53,902 nucleotides of DNA from a virus (IMGVR_UViG_3300033463_000182:1-53902), one strand, 5' to 3'. Counted from the stretch's first letter, positions 42,106 to 49,302 are shown. The notes: a model not told the origin generated them from the sequence alone. A program made the numbers and translations.

Positions 42106-42134
42106 TTGACAAACGGGGTACACTAATATATAAT
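42106..42134 (+). promoter_or_regulatory. Promoter P3 (consensus TTGACA-17-TATAAT)
   Basis: TTGACA 42106-42111; the spacer starts aACGGGGTACACt; TATAAT 42129-42134. Confidence 0.75.
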
Positions 42135-42164
42135 ATGGGCATTGATCGAAAGGAGGCCAGCACC

Positions 42165-42371
42165 ATGCCGCGAGGAACCACACCCGAACAGCGACGCGCG
42201 AAAAACATTCTCGGTGAAAGGTGGGACAGGGAAAACACCCGTCAAGTCAAGTTCAAGTTCAACCTCCGCACCGATGCGGATATACTCGCCCATCTGGACG
42301 CCCAGCAGAACGTCCAGGGCTATGTGAAAAGGCTGATCCGGGACGATATAGCCCGCACCAGCAAAGGATAG
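42165..42371 (+). CDS. Ribbon-helix-helix (CopG/Arc-like) DNA-binding protein
   Basis: VKFKFNLRTDADILAHLDAQQNVQGYVKRLIRDDI fits a strand-helix-helix pattern. Confidence 0.5.
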   Translation: MPRGTTPEQRRAKNILGERWDRENTRQVKFKFNLRTDADILAHLDAQQNVQGYVKRLIRDDIARTSKG

Positions 42372-42390
42372 CAAATTGGAGGCCAACGCC

Positions 42391-42627
42391 ATGAGAAAGT
42401 ATTTTGTGAACGTGATCGCCGATGTTATTCCCGGTGATAGCCCCTATCAACAGACGACCATCGCAGCGTATCACGTCGAGGCAGATACCGAAAGGCACGC
42501 TGCCGACGCCGCCATTGCCGAATTGATAAAGAACAACCGCGCAATCGACACCATGACAATCAAGCACACGGCGGTTTATCCCGTTGATGAAATGCCGCTT
42601 CTGGTATATCATCCGAAGGAAGCATAA
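42391..42627 (+). CDS. Hypothetical small acidic protein
   Basis: MRKYFVNVIADV...; last gene before the terminator. Confidence 0.45.
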   Translation: MRKYFVNVIADVIPGDSPYQQTTIAAYHVEADTERHAADAAIAELIKNNRAIDTMTIKHTAVYPVDEMPLLVYHPKEA

Positions 42628-42645
42628 CGCGCCACGATCATTCTT

Positions 42646-42683
42646 AACGTGCATCTTTCCCGTAAAGGTGCACGTTATTTTTG
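42646..42683 (+). terminator. Intrinsic terminator ending the accessory array
   Basis: AACGTGCA...TGCACGTT stem (inner CTTT/AAAG pairs) followed by ATTTTTG. Confidence 0.7.
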
Positions 42684-42850
42684 TGCCCGCGCGCTCTGTT
42701 CCGGGGTTATACATAATCGGGGGTTGTGTTAAACTCGCCCCCGCGCCGTTCCTTCCTATTATATGCCGGAAATTTAACATGGTTTTTCGGGGCTGTGTTT
42801 TACCATGCCTTAATATGACAAACAGACGCCACCACACCCTGCAAATAGGC

Positions 42851-42884
42851 ATAAAAATAACGCCCCCGGATCGCTCCAGGGGCA
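42851..42884 (-). terminator. Intrinsic terminator (convergent)
   Basis: Minus strand CCCCTGGA-GCGA-TCCGGGGG, then GCGTTATTTTTAT. Confidence 0.6.
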
Positions 42885-42888
42885 TTGT

Positions 42889-43089
42889 TTATTTCCGGCC
42901 TTGCCGTTCTCGCTTCTGTTTGCGTTTCAGCGCCCTTTCCAGTCCCGGCCCCGCTGCCTTGAGCTTGCCGATCCTGGCCCTTTCGTGCCGCCGTTCCTCG
43001 CACCACGCGGCATAACGCGCGTACTTCTCACATTCTCCGTGACAGGTTGGCGTCCTGTCCGGGCAGTTCTTCACGCATGGATTGTCCAC
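42889..43089 (-). CDS. Small Cys-rich basic protein
   Basis: 66 aa, CVKNCPDRTPTCHGEC. Confidence 0.45.
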   Translation of the reverse strand: MDNPCVKNCPDRTPTCHGECEKYARYAAWCEERRHERARIGKLKAAGPGLERALKRKQKRERQGRK

Positions 43090-43102
43090 TTTCTTTTCCC
43101 TT

Positions 43103-43869
43103 TCATAAATCGAATAGACTGATCTGGTTCATTTCCGCGTCCAGCCGTTCCTTTGCGGCCCTATAATACTCCGGGTCGATCTCAAAGCCCACAAATTCCA
43201 GCCCCGCGCGGCGGCAGGCTATCAGGCTGCTTGCGCTCCCGCAATGCGTGTCCAGTATCTTGTCCCCTTCCTTGGCGTACCGGGACAGGAGCCATTGATA
43301 CAGCTTGACCGGCTTCTGTGTCGGGTGGAATCGCTTTTCCCTTGCCGATCCCTGCGGCATACACTCAAACAGCTTCGCGTTGTCGTTGAAGCTCGTCCAG
43401 GCGTATTCGCACATCGCCATGGTGAAATTCTCGCTGATGGTCAGTTTCCGCCACACGATAAAACACCGCGTCGGCGGCAGGCGAAAGTAATTCCCGCCCC
43501 AAATGATTTGATTTTTGCTGACGCGGGCCAGCTCCTTGAAATAATCCTCGCCGGGGGCCACGTCCCAATGCTTGATGTTTGCGCTGCTAAAGAGGCCCCC
43601 TGGCTTGTATTTCTGAAAGTACCCTCCGCCCGTCCGGGCCGCCTTGATCGTCGTTTGCAAAGTGATACTGCCGGAATCGTCCGCCGAAGCGTCCGTTTTT
43701 ATGTTTCTCCCAATCAGTACCCCCCCCCCGCCAGGTTTCCGGCGTCTGCATCCTCGGCCCGTCCGCCGCCTCCGTAGGGCGGATCGACGATTGCCAGGTC
43801 AAAATACTTGTCGGGAAATTCCTTCATCCCCTCCATGCAATCCATGTTGTAGAATCCGGGATCAAGCAT
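43103..43869 (-). pseudogene. N6-adenine/N4-cytosine DNA methyltransferase interrupted by a frameshift at a G10 tract (phase-variable, recoded or a homopolymer error)
   Basis: The ATG at 43867-43869 gives MLDPGFYNMDCMEGMKEFPDKYFDLAIVDPPYGGG...LAGGGY-stop. The frame reached by one extra G continues ...NQIIWGGNYF...FHPTQKPVKLYQWLL...DTHCGSASS... to 43103. Confidence 0.75.
43720..43729 (-). repeat. G10 homopolymer (C10 on the + strand)
   Basis: Counted directly: c at 43720 plus nine c at 43721-43729. Confidence 0.9.
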
Positions 43870-44476
43870 TTCCCTTCACCCGCTTTCCGGCCAGCATATT
43901 GAATTTCATAAGGCTTTCGTCGATGTTCTCCTGGATCACGCCGATATATACCAGCGTTTCCCGCTGGTAGCTGTGGCAGAGAATCCTTTGCAGGCTCACC
44001 ACGTCGCCGGTCATTTTGTAGTAATGATACCCAAACGTCTTGCGCAGCGTATGGCATCCGATCCTGTCCTCTATGCCCGCTTCCTTGGCAATCTCGTTGA
44101 TGATCTGATAGCACCGCTGCCGCGTAATGGGCCGGTATTTGTGCGTCGCCGCGTCCTTTTGGCGGCTCTGGAAGATATACTCGTCCGACTTTCTTCCCGC
44201 CAGCAGGCGGTTGATTTCCCGCCGCGCCTGGGGGTTTATCAGGATGCGGGCCTCCTTCCCGGTTTTCTTGGCCTGTATCTGCGCATAGTCCTTCCCCTTG
44301 AGGTCTGCCACCTTGAAGCGCCGAAAGTCGCTCACGCGCAGGCTGGTATTAAATCCCACGAGCAAGATCAATTCCCAGCATACTTCCCCGGTCTTTCGGT
44401 TCTTATCGTGATCCCGCGCAATCTCATAGCACTTTTGCAGCACGTCCAGATCGCGGATGGGCTGTACCACCTTCAT
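43862..44476 (-). CDS. Small tyrosine recombinase (catalytic domain only)
   Basis: 204 aa. LRVSD (Arg I), HTLRKTF (His-x-x-Arg), HSYQRETLVYIG (His...Tyr). Confidence 0.75.
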   Translation of the reverse strand: MKVVQPIRDLDVLQKCYEIARDHDKNRKTGEVCWELILLVGFNTSLRVSDFRRFKVADLKGKDYAQIQAKKTGKEARILINPQARREINRLLAGRKSDEYIFQSRQKDAATHKYRPITRQRCYQIINEIAKEAGIEDRIGCHTLRKTFGYHYYKMTGDVVSLQRILCHSYQRETLVYIGVIQENIDESLMKFNMLAGKRVKGNA

Positions 44477-44511
44477 TGTGTTTTCACTCCCTCCAAATAT
44501 GACAAATAAAA

Positions 44512-44542
44512 ACGGTCAAAAAAGGAAAGCCCCGGCGGGGGC
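44512..44542 (-). terminator. Intrinsic terminator after the lysis cassette
   Basis: Minus strand GCCCC-cgcc-GGGGC followed by TTTCCTTTTTT. Confidence 0.6.
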
Positions 44543-44568
44543 CGTTCCCGTCGGGGCCGTTGGCTGTA

Positions 44569-44898
44569 TCAGTTGTTCGTGTCGGGCGGTTCGCCTTCCG
44601 CCGCCTTGCGGATGCGCTGCCACAAATCCCAAATGAAGGACGGCCCGCGCCCCAGCGCAACGCCCGTCAGCGCGTAGAAGATATAGTGGACGAATACGGG
44701 CGCTTCCGCCAGAAACTGCTCGTCGGCAAAATACGCCAGCATATTCAGCTTGCAGGAAACCGCCAGCACCACGCCCAGCACGATGCTCACGATTTCCGCC
44801 ACGCTCATTTTTTCGCCGTCCTTGCTCCAGATCGGCTTGATCGCCGTCACGACGGCTTCAATGAACAGCGCGACCAGAAGAATGTTGATGTACTGCAT
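44569..44898 (-). CDS. Holin-like membrane protein
   Basis: 109 aa with about 3 hydrophobic helices and a charged C-terminus; lies in the lysis cassette. Confidence 0.55.
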   Translation of the reverse strand: MQYINILLVALFIEAVVTAIKPIWSKDGEKMSVAEIVSIVLGVVLAVSCKLNMLAYFADEQFLAEAPVFVHYIFYALTGVALGRGPSFIWDLWQRIRKAAEGEPPDTNN

Positions 44899-44985
44899 TT
44901 TGTTCCTCCCTTTGATTATTTTTCGGCGCGGTTGCCTCCCTTGCGGGACGTGCCGTAGAAGTAAAAGCGCGAGCGCTCGCGCTTT

Positions 44986-45315
44986 TTACTGCTTCCCGAT
45001 GTTCCCTTGCAGATAGCGCATGATGTCGTCACGGGCTTTCTGCATTTGTTCCCCGTTCCCGTTGTGCAGTTCATGATCCAGCAGGGCCATGATGCCGGAA
45101 CACAATACCTGGTTGCTTTCCTGCAAGCTCTGAATGGCCTTGTCGTGACCGTCCAGCCTTGTCTTGTCTGCGGCGAGCTTCTTTGCCGTGTCCGTGCTTG
45201 GGCTTCGCCACTTCTTGAAGATGTCGATCACCTTGTCCACCGTGACGATAGCTGCAAATACGGCCAGCAGCACAACCACGGTGTTCATGAGCTGATCCGG
45301 CGTCACCTTATCCAT
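44986..45315 (-). CDS. Membrane-anchored lysis-associated protein (N-terminal TM + coiled coil)
   Basis: Start refined to MDKVTPDQLMNTVVVLLAVFAAIVTV... Confidence 0.4.
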   Translation of the reverse strand: MDKVTPDQLMNTVVVLLAVFAAIVTVDKVIDIFKKWRSPSTDTAKKLAADKTRLDGHDKAIQSLQESNQVLCSGIMALLDHELHNGNGEQMQKARDDIMRYLQGNIGKQ

Positions 45316-45319
45316 AGAT

Positions 45320-46795
45320 TCACCCCCTAACCTCCGCATATTTGCCGCTGATCCAGGCGACTTGCTTCTTGTACACCACGGCGTGCCAGCCGTTTTCGGC
45401 GGTTGCCACCCATTCCAGCAGCGTACCCTTGGAAACGCTGGTGATCCGGCTGAATTGCGTCCCGTTGCCAACGCGAATATTCACGCTGCCCCCGGTCACA
45501 ACCACCGTCTTTCCGGCGGTTTCCTTTCCAGGCTCCGGCTGGTCGGGCTGGGGCTGGGTCGGTGTCGGCTGAATCGTGGTGCCTGCGGCATAATTGGGGC
45601 GTCCATAGCCCGCTATGCGGTTGTAGTTGAGCTTGTACTTTTTCCGGCACACCCCGCCGCCGTTAGCGATCACGCCGCTTGCCCCGCTGGTGTTGCCCTC
45701 GATGGTGTAAACGTAGCTGTTATCCACCTTGTACACAAGGCCGGTGTGGGAAATGGCGCTGCCGCCGATCCCGTCCGCCGGGTAGAAGAAAATCTGGTCG
45801 CCCGGTTCGGGACTTTCAAACAGGCGGCCCTTGTTCTTGTAGTATTGGCGGCTGTATTTGCATCCAGCCCCGCAGCTCTTGAGGGGCTGGCACAGCAGGG
45901 CGCGCCCGTCGTCCACGCCGTAGGCGGTCACGAAGCACCAGTCCACAAACACGTCGCACCAGGCGTAGCCGTTCTTCTTGCCGTTGTAGAAGCCTGGTAT
46001 GGCGTCCAGGTCGCGCGCGTACTTGGTATAGTTCTTGTTGCCCGCGTTGGCCGTTTTGCTGTCCAGGTCTTTGTTGCTGGCCTTTTCCAGATACCCTTCC
46101 TCGGCCAAAGCGATGTCGATTACCTTCTGCCTGTCAAATCCCATGTCTGCCGCCTCCTCTTGTTTTTCTGCCGGTTCTTCCGTCTGTTCCTCCGCCGCGC
46201 CGCCCCCGGTGAACCATTCCAGGGGCTTGTCGCCGTACAGCATATCCAAATCCACGTTGCCGCTGATCCCGTTCACCCTGCCCTTGCTGGTGTATTGCCA
46301 AAGGTCGCAGTAGTATTTCGGCGCGGACGATTGCGCGGGGATATTGCCGTCGTTCTTTCCCCAATGGGGAATCCACATAATATCGCACAGGGCAATCGCC
46401 CTGCCCGCCCACTTGTAGCGCGTGTTGATGTACAGGCCGATCTTCTCACAGCCCAGCGCCCGCAGCTCCTCCAGGAACGCCACGCATACCGCCTCGGTTG
46501 TCGTGGCTGTCTGCGCTTCGTATTCGATGTCGGCGATATAAAAAAGCGGCCTGCGCTTCGCCTTGTTCGCGCACGCCACAAACCACCTTGCTTCCGTCCG
46601 GGCCGCCTCCGCCGTCCCGGCCTTGACGTAGTGATACGCGCCGTAGGGAATCCCGCAATCCTCCGTATATTGCAGATAGCGCTTGTCCGCGTTGCTCCCC
46701 ACGCTGGCGCGGAAAATCGCCATCTCCAAATCTTCCCTTGCCAGTTTCCAGTCGATTGCTCCCTGGTAATGGCTGATGTCCGCAATCTTCTTCAC
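45320..46795 (-). CDS. Endolysin: GH25 muramidase + CHAP peptidase + SH3b
   Basis: DISHYQG...DLDMLYG (GH25); GYAWCDVFV...SHTGLVY...EGNTS (CHAP); VVTGGSVNIRVGNG...GWHAVVY (SH3b). Confidence 0.85.
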   Translation of the reverse strand: MKKIADISHYQGAIDWKLAREDLEMAIFRASVGSNADKRYLQYTEDCGIPYGAYHYVKAGTAEAARTEARWFVACANKAKRRPLFYIADIEYEAQTATTTEAVCVAFLEELRALGCEKIGLYINTRYKWAGRAIALCDIMWIPHWGKNDGNIPAQSSAPKYYCDLWQYTSKGRVNGISGNVDLDMLYGDKPLEWFTGGGAAEEQTEEPAEKQEEAADMGFDRQKVIDIALAEEGYLEKASNKDLDSKTANAGNKNYTKYARDLDAIPGFYNGKKNGYAWCDVFVDWCFVTAYGVDDGRALLCQPLKSCGAGCKYSRQYYKNKGRLFESPEPGDQIFFYPADGIGGSAISHTGLVYKVDNSYVYTIEGNTSGASGVIANGGGVCRKKYKLNYNRIAGYGRPNYAAGTTIQPTPTQPQPDQPEPGKETAGKTVVVTGGSVNIRVGNGTQFSRITSVSKGTLLEWVATAENGWHAVVYKKQVAWISGKYAEVRG

Positions 46796-46941
46796 GCTTT
46801 ATCCTCCTTCTTGCGTTTTCGTCGTATGCCATACGGATAATGCGTCCATGCGATAGCAATAATGACAACTGCGCTGAAAATCAAAAAGAGCAGGGCCAGA
46901 ACGCCCAGCCCGATAGCTGCCCAAAGCAGCGCGCGCAGCAT
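46792..46941 (-). CDS. Small single-TM protein (holin/antiholin candidate)
   Basis: MLRALLWAAIGLGVLALLFLIFSAVVIIAIAW...RRKRKKEDKA, 49 aa. Confidence 0.45.
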   Translation of the reverse strand: MLRALLWAAIGLGVLALLFLIFSAVVIIAIAWTHYPYGIRRKRKKEDKA

Positions 46942-46943
46942 CT

Positions 46944-47036
46944 TTACCTCCCATTGGCATAGATGAGCGCCGCAAGGATCATGCCAAAAAGGGCCGATGC
47001 GGGAACAATCCAAACCAGGTGCCATGCAGAAATCAT
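46944..47036 (-). CDS. 30-aa single-TM peptide (not in the ORF track)
   Basis: GGAGGTG RBS. The ATG overlaps the RT stop (ATGA). MISAWHLVWIVPASALFGMILAALIYANGR. Confidence 0.35.
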   Translation of the reverse strand: MISAWHLVWIVPASALFGMILAALIYANGR

Positions 47037-48400
47037 AAATAAATCACCTCCGCGCTTTCCAGCCAGTCGCCATAGTGCATCCGTATGTGTTCTTCAAGGC
47101 TTCCGCCCCATTGAGGATCTTTTGGGTCGATCCCGCGCACCGAAAGCACGCGGATGTCAAAGTCCATTCGTCCCGTCAGGTCGTCGTAGGCCGGAACAGC
47201 CTCGCCCGGTGTCAGCCAAATATCCACAAGGCCGTCCTCCGCCTCGACGATTCTATAAAAATGCCGCCTGTTCCCCGGCGGCTGATCGCTCGCGTTATTC
47301 ATGTTTTCGCACCTTTGCAGTACAAAGTGTTCCTCGATCCAGCGCAGCATATTGTAGCCGTTACAATGCTTGCACATGCCGATGTAGCAGATCACGCTTT
47401 CCATCGCCGCGTCATAGCTGATCGCCCCGTAGGCGAAAGCGCTCATAACGTGTTTCAGCGCCCGCTTGATATGCCGCGTTGTTTTCTTCCTCATGCGGAT
47501 GCCGTGTGGCGTCAGCAGATACCCCACAAACTCCACCGGGGCCGTCGCTTTCTGGATGCGGCTTTTGGGGCTGATGTCAAGCGCCAGCTCGTCCCGCAGG
47601 AAAGCGCTCACGGTGGCGAATACCCGCCGCGCTTCTTCCTTGCCTTTCACAAGGATGCAGAAATCGTCCATGTAGCGCACATAGAAATGGAGCCGCAGGA
47701 CGTGTTTGCAGTATTTGTCCAGCTTGTCCAGGAACAGGTTGGCCGTTTCCTGGCTGGTCAGGTTGCCGATGGGCATACCTACATCGTACAGCCGCAGGGC
47801 GCGCGGGCAATCGTCCGGCCTCATTCCCGGCGGCAGGCCAAAGGGCACGTCCGGGTTGTTGATGATAACGCCCATGAGCCAGCGATACCATTGATCGTCG
47901 CTGGTTTCGTCGTAGCTCTGCAACACCTTCCCGTGATCCACGCGGTAAAAGTATTTGCTGATGTCGCCCTTTATCAGATACCAGTCGTCCGCGTCCGGCT
48001 TCCGGCTGATAAGCTGCTGCCAGCTTTGCAGGCACTCCGCCGCCGCCAGCGTGCCCTTGTCGCGCCTGCATCCGTAGCTGTGTTCGATATAGCGCTTGTC
48101 AAGATAGGGGTTGATCTGCCGGTAGATGGCCCATTGCACCACGCGATCCCGGAAGCCCAGCGCCATGACCAGGCGCGGCTTCGGATAGCGTACATAAAAT
48201 TCTCTGTACGGGCCGACCTTATAGGTCATTTCACGTAATTCCTTCTGTATCTGGAGCAGATTTTCGCCCAGGTTGAAGGTGAAATCCAAAACCTCGTTGC
48301 GATACCGCTTGCTCTTTGCGGCGTCACGGTATGCGCCCATCAGGTTTTCAAAGTCGCAGATGCGGTCTTTCAGATTGTGCAGCCCTTCCAAAATGTTCAC
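47033..48400 (-). CDS. DGR reverse transcriptase with an extra C-terminal domain of roughly 100 aa
   Basis: IGNLTSQ (DGR-type motif 4) and YVRYMDD (motif 5); lies downstream of TR. Confidence 0.9.
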   Translation of the reverse strand: MNILEGLHNLKDRICDFENLMGAYRDAAKSKRYRNEVLDFTFNLGENLLQIQKELREMTYKVGPYREFYVRYPKPRLVMALGFRDRVVQWAIYRQINPYLDKRYIEHSYGCRRDKGTLAAAECLQSWQQLISRKPDADDWYLIKGDISKYFYRVDHGKVLQSYDETSDDQWYRWLMGVIINNPDVPFGLPPGMRPDDCPRALRLYDVGMPIGNLTSQETANLFLDKLDKYCKHVLRLHFYVRYMDDFCILVKGKEEARRVFATVSAFLRDELALDISPKSRIQKATAPVEFVGYLLTPHGIRMRKKTTRHIKRALKHVMSAFAYGAISYDAAMESVICYIGMCKHCNGYNMLRWIEEHFVLQRCENMNNASDQPPGNRRHFYRIVEAEDGLVDIWLTPGEAVPAYDDLTGRMDFDIRVLSVRGIDPKDPQWGGSLEEHIRMHYGDWLESAEVIYL

Positions 48401-48449
48401 CCCGCCCTGCGTGGGCCGCGCGTGATGTTTCCATGCGGCTTTGACTGTA

Positions 48450-48473
48450 ATACCCTAAAAGGCTTTAGGGTAT
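48450..48473 (-). other. Perfect 10-bp hairpin in the TR-RT spacer
   Basis: ataccctaaa-aggc-tttagggtat. Confidence 0.7.
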
Positions 48474-48664
48474 GCTGCTGACAGCCTCGGCCTTTCGTCC
48501 TCCCGGACGCTTCGCGGCGATTCCCGCGCCGCCTTTTCCCCCGGAGCGTTCTTGCCGGAGCAGCACGGGATTTTTGTTTAGGCGGTTTTCACCGCCACGG
48601 AAACGCACCCCTCCCATCAGAAGGATGGCCGCTGATTCGTGATCTCGCGGCGCGTGATGTATGC

Positions 48665-48785
48665 TGGGAGCGCGGGCGGCAGCCATAGTTGTTGTTCGCA
48701 TTGCCGCGCTCGTTGTTGGAGTTGACATACCCCAAGCCCGCGTTGGAGCCGTTGTTGTAGTTGCCGCCGCGACGCGGGAAGCGCT
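48665..48785 (-). repeat. DGR template repeat (TR)
   Basis: 121 nt, collinear with VR at an offset of 710 nt. All 18-19 mismatches are at TR adenines (T on the + strand). Sense translation: RGGNYNNGSNAGLGYVNSNNERGNANNNYGCRPRS. Confidence 0.9.
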
Positions 48786-48816
48786 AACGAACGCATGGCG
48801 ATCCAGGCCGTCCAAT

Positions 48817-49239
48817 TCACGGCACGTTCCCTTTATAGTCGCTGCTTTTCCGGCCAGATACGCTATTGATCCAGCCGCCGATTAAGGCCCCGATTTCCGC
48901 GATCTTTTCAGACCACACGCCGTAACTTTGATCGGTGAGCAGACGCCTTTCCTGTCCGTTCTTTGCGGTGAATACGGTCTTGTTGGCCTGCTGGATCAGC
49001 ACGTCCAATACGGCCTTGCTGGTGTCCAGGTCGCCCAGCGTGCTTTTGTTCATGTACTTGAGCCGCGCTTTCGTCGCCAGCCGGAGCATGGTGTACATTT
49101 CCTGCATGATGTCCACGCCCAGGCTCTTTTGATGGAAGTACGGCCATCTTTGCACAATGGGCCGCGCCCAGCAGATCATGTCGTCGATCTTCTGGCAGCA
49201 CGGCCCCGGATTCTTTGCGTCGTACCTAAATTCTGGCAT
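48817..49239 (-). CDS. avd: Accessory variability determinant (Avd)
   Basis: 140 aa helical basic protein. ...IAEIGALIGGWINSV matches the Avd C-terminal helix pattern. Lies between the target gene and TR. Confidence 0.8.
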   Translation of the reverse strand: MPEFRYDAKNPGPCCQKIDDMICWARPIVQRWPYFHQKSLGVDIMQEMYTMLRLATKARLKYMNKSTLGDLDTSKAVLDVLIQQANKTVFTAKNGQERRLLTDQSYGVWSEKIAEIGALIGGWINSVSGRKSSDYKGNVP

Positions 49240-49264
49240 ACCGTTTCACCTTATCAGAACATCA

Positions 49265-49302
49265 TCACGCGCGCGTGACCGATTCTATTCACGCGCGCGT
49301 GA
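49265..49302. promoter_or_regulatory. Two identical 14-bp palindromes TCACGCGCGCGTGA upstream of avd
   Basis: 49265-49278 and 49289-49302, 24 bp centre to centre. Confidence 0.6.

Noticed and set aside
36190-42400. Regularly recurring conserved ~30-nt junction repeats, considered as a possible CRISPR array
   Set aside because: The intervals are 200-900 bp complete genes with an SD and ATG, not 25-40-nt spacers. The repeats contain the ribosome-binding site, and there are no cas genes.
48465-48815. 116-aa minus-strand ORF covering the TR and the TR-RT spacer
   Set aside because: It overlaps the DGR template repeat and spacer, which function as RNA. The translation is low complexity (A/T/R-rich) with no RBS.
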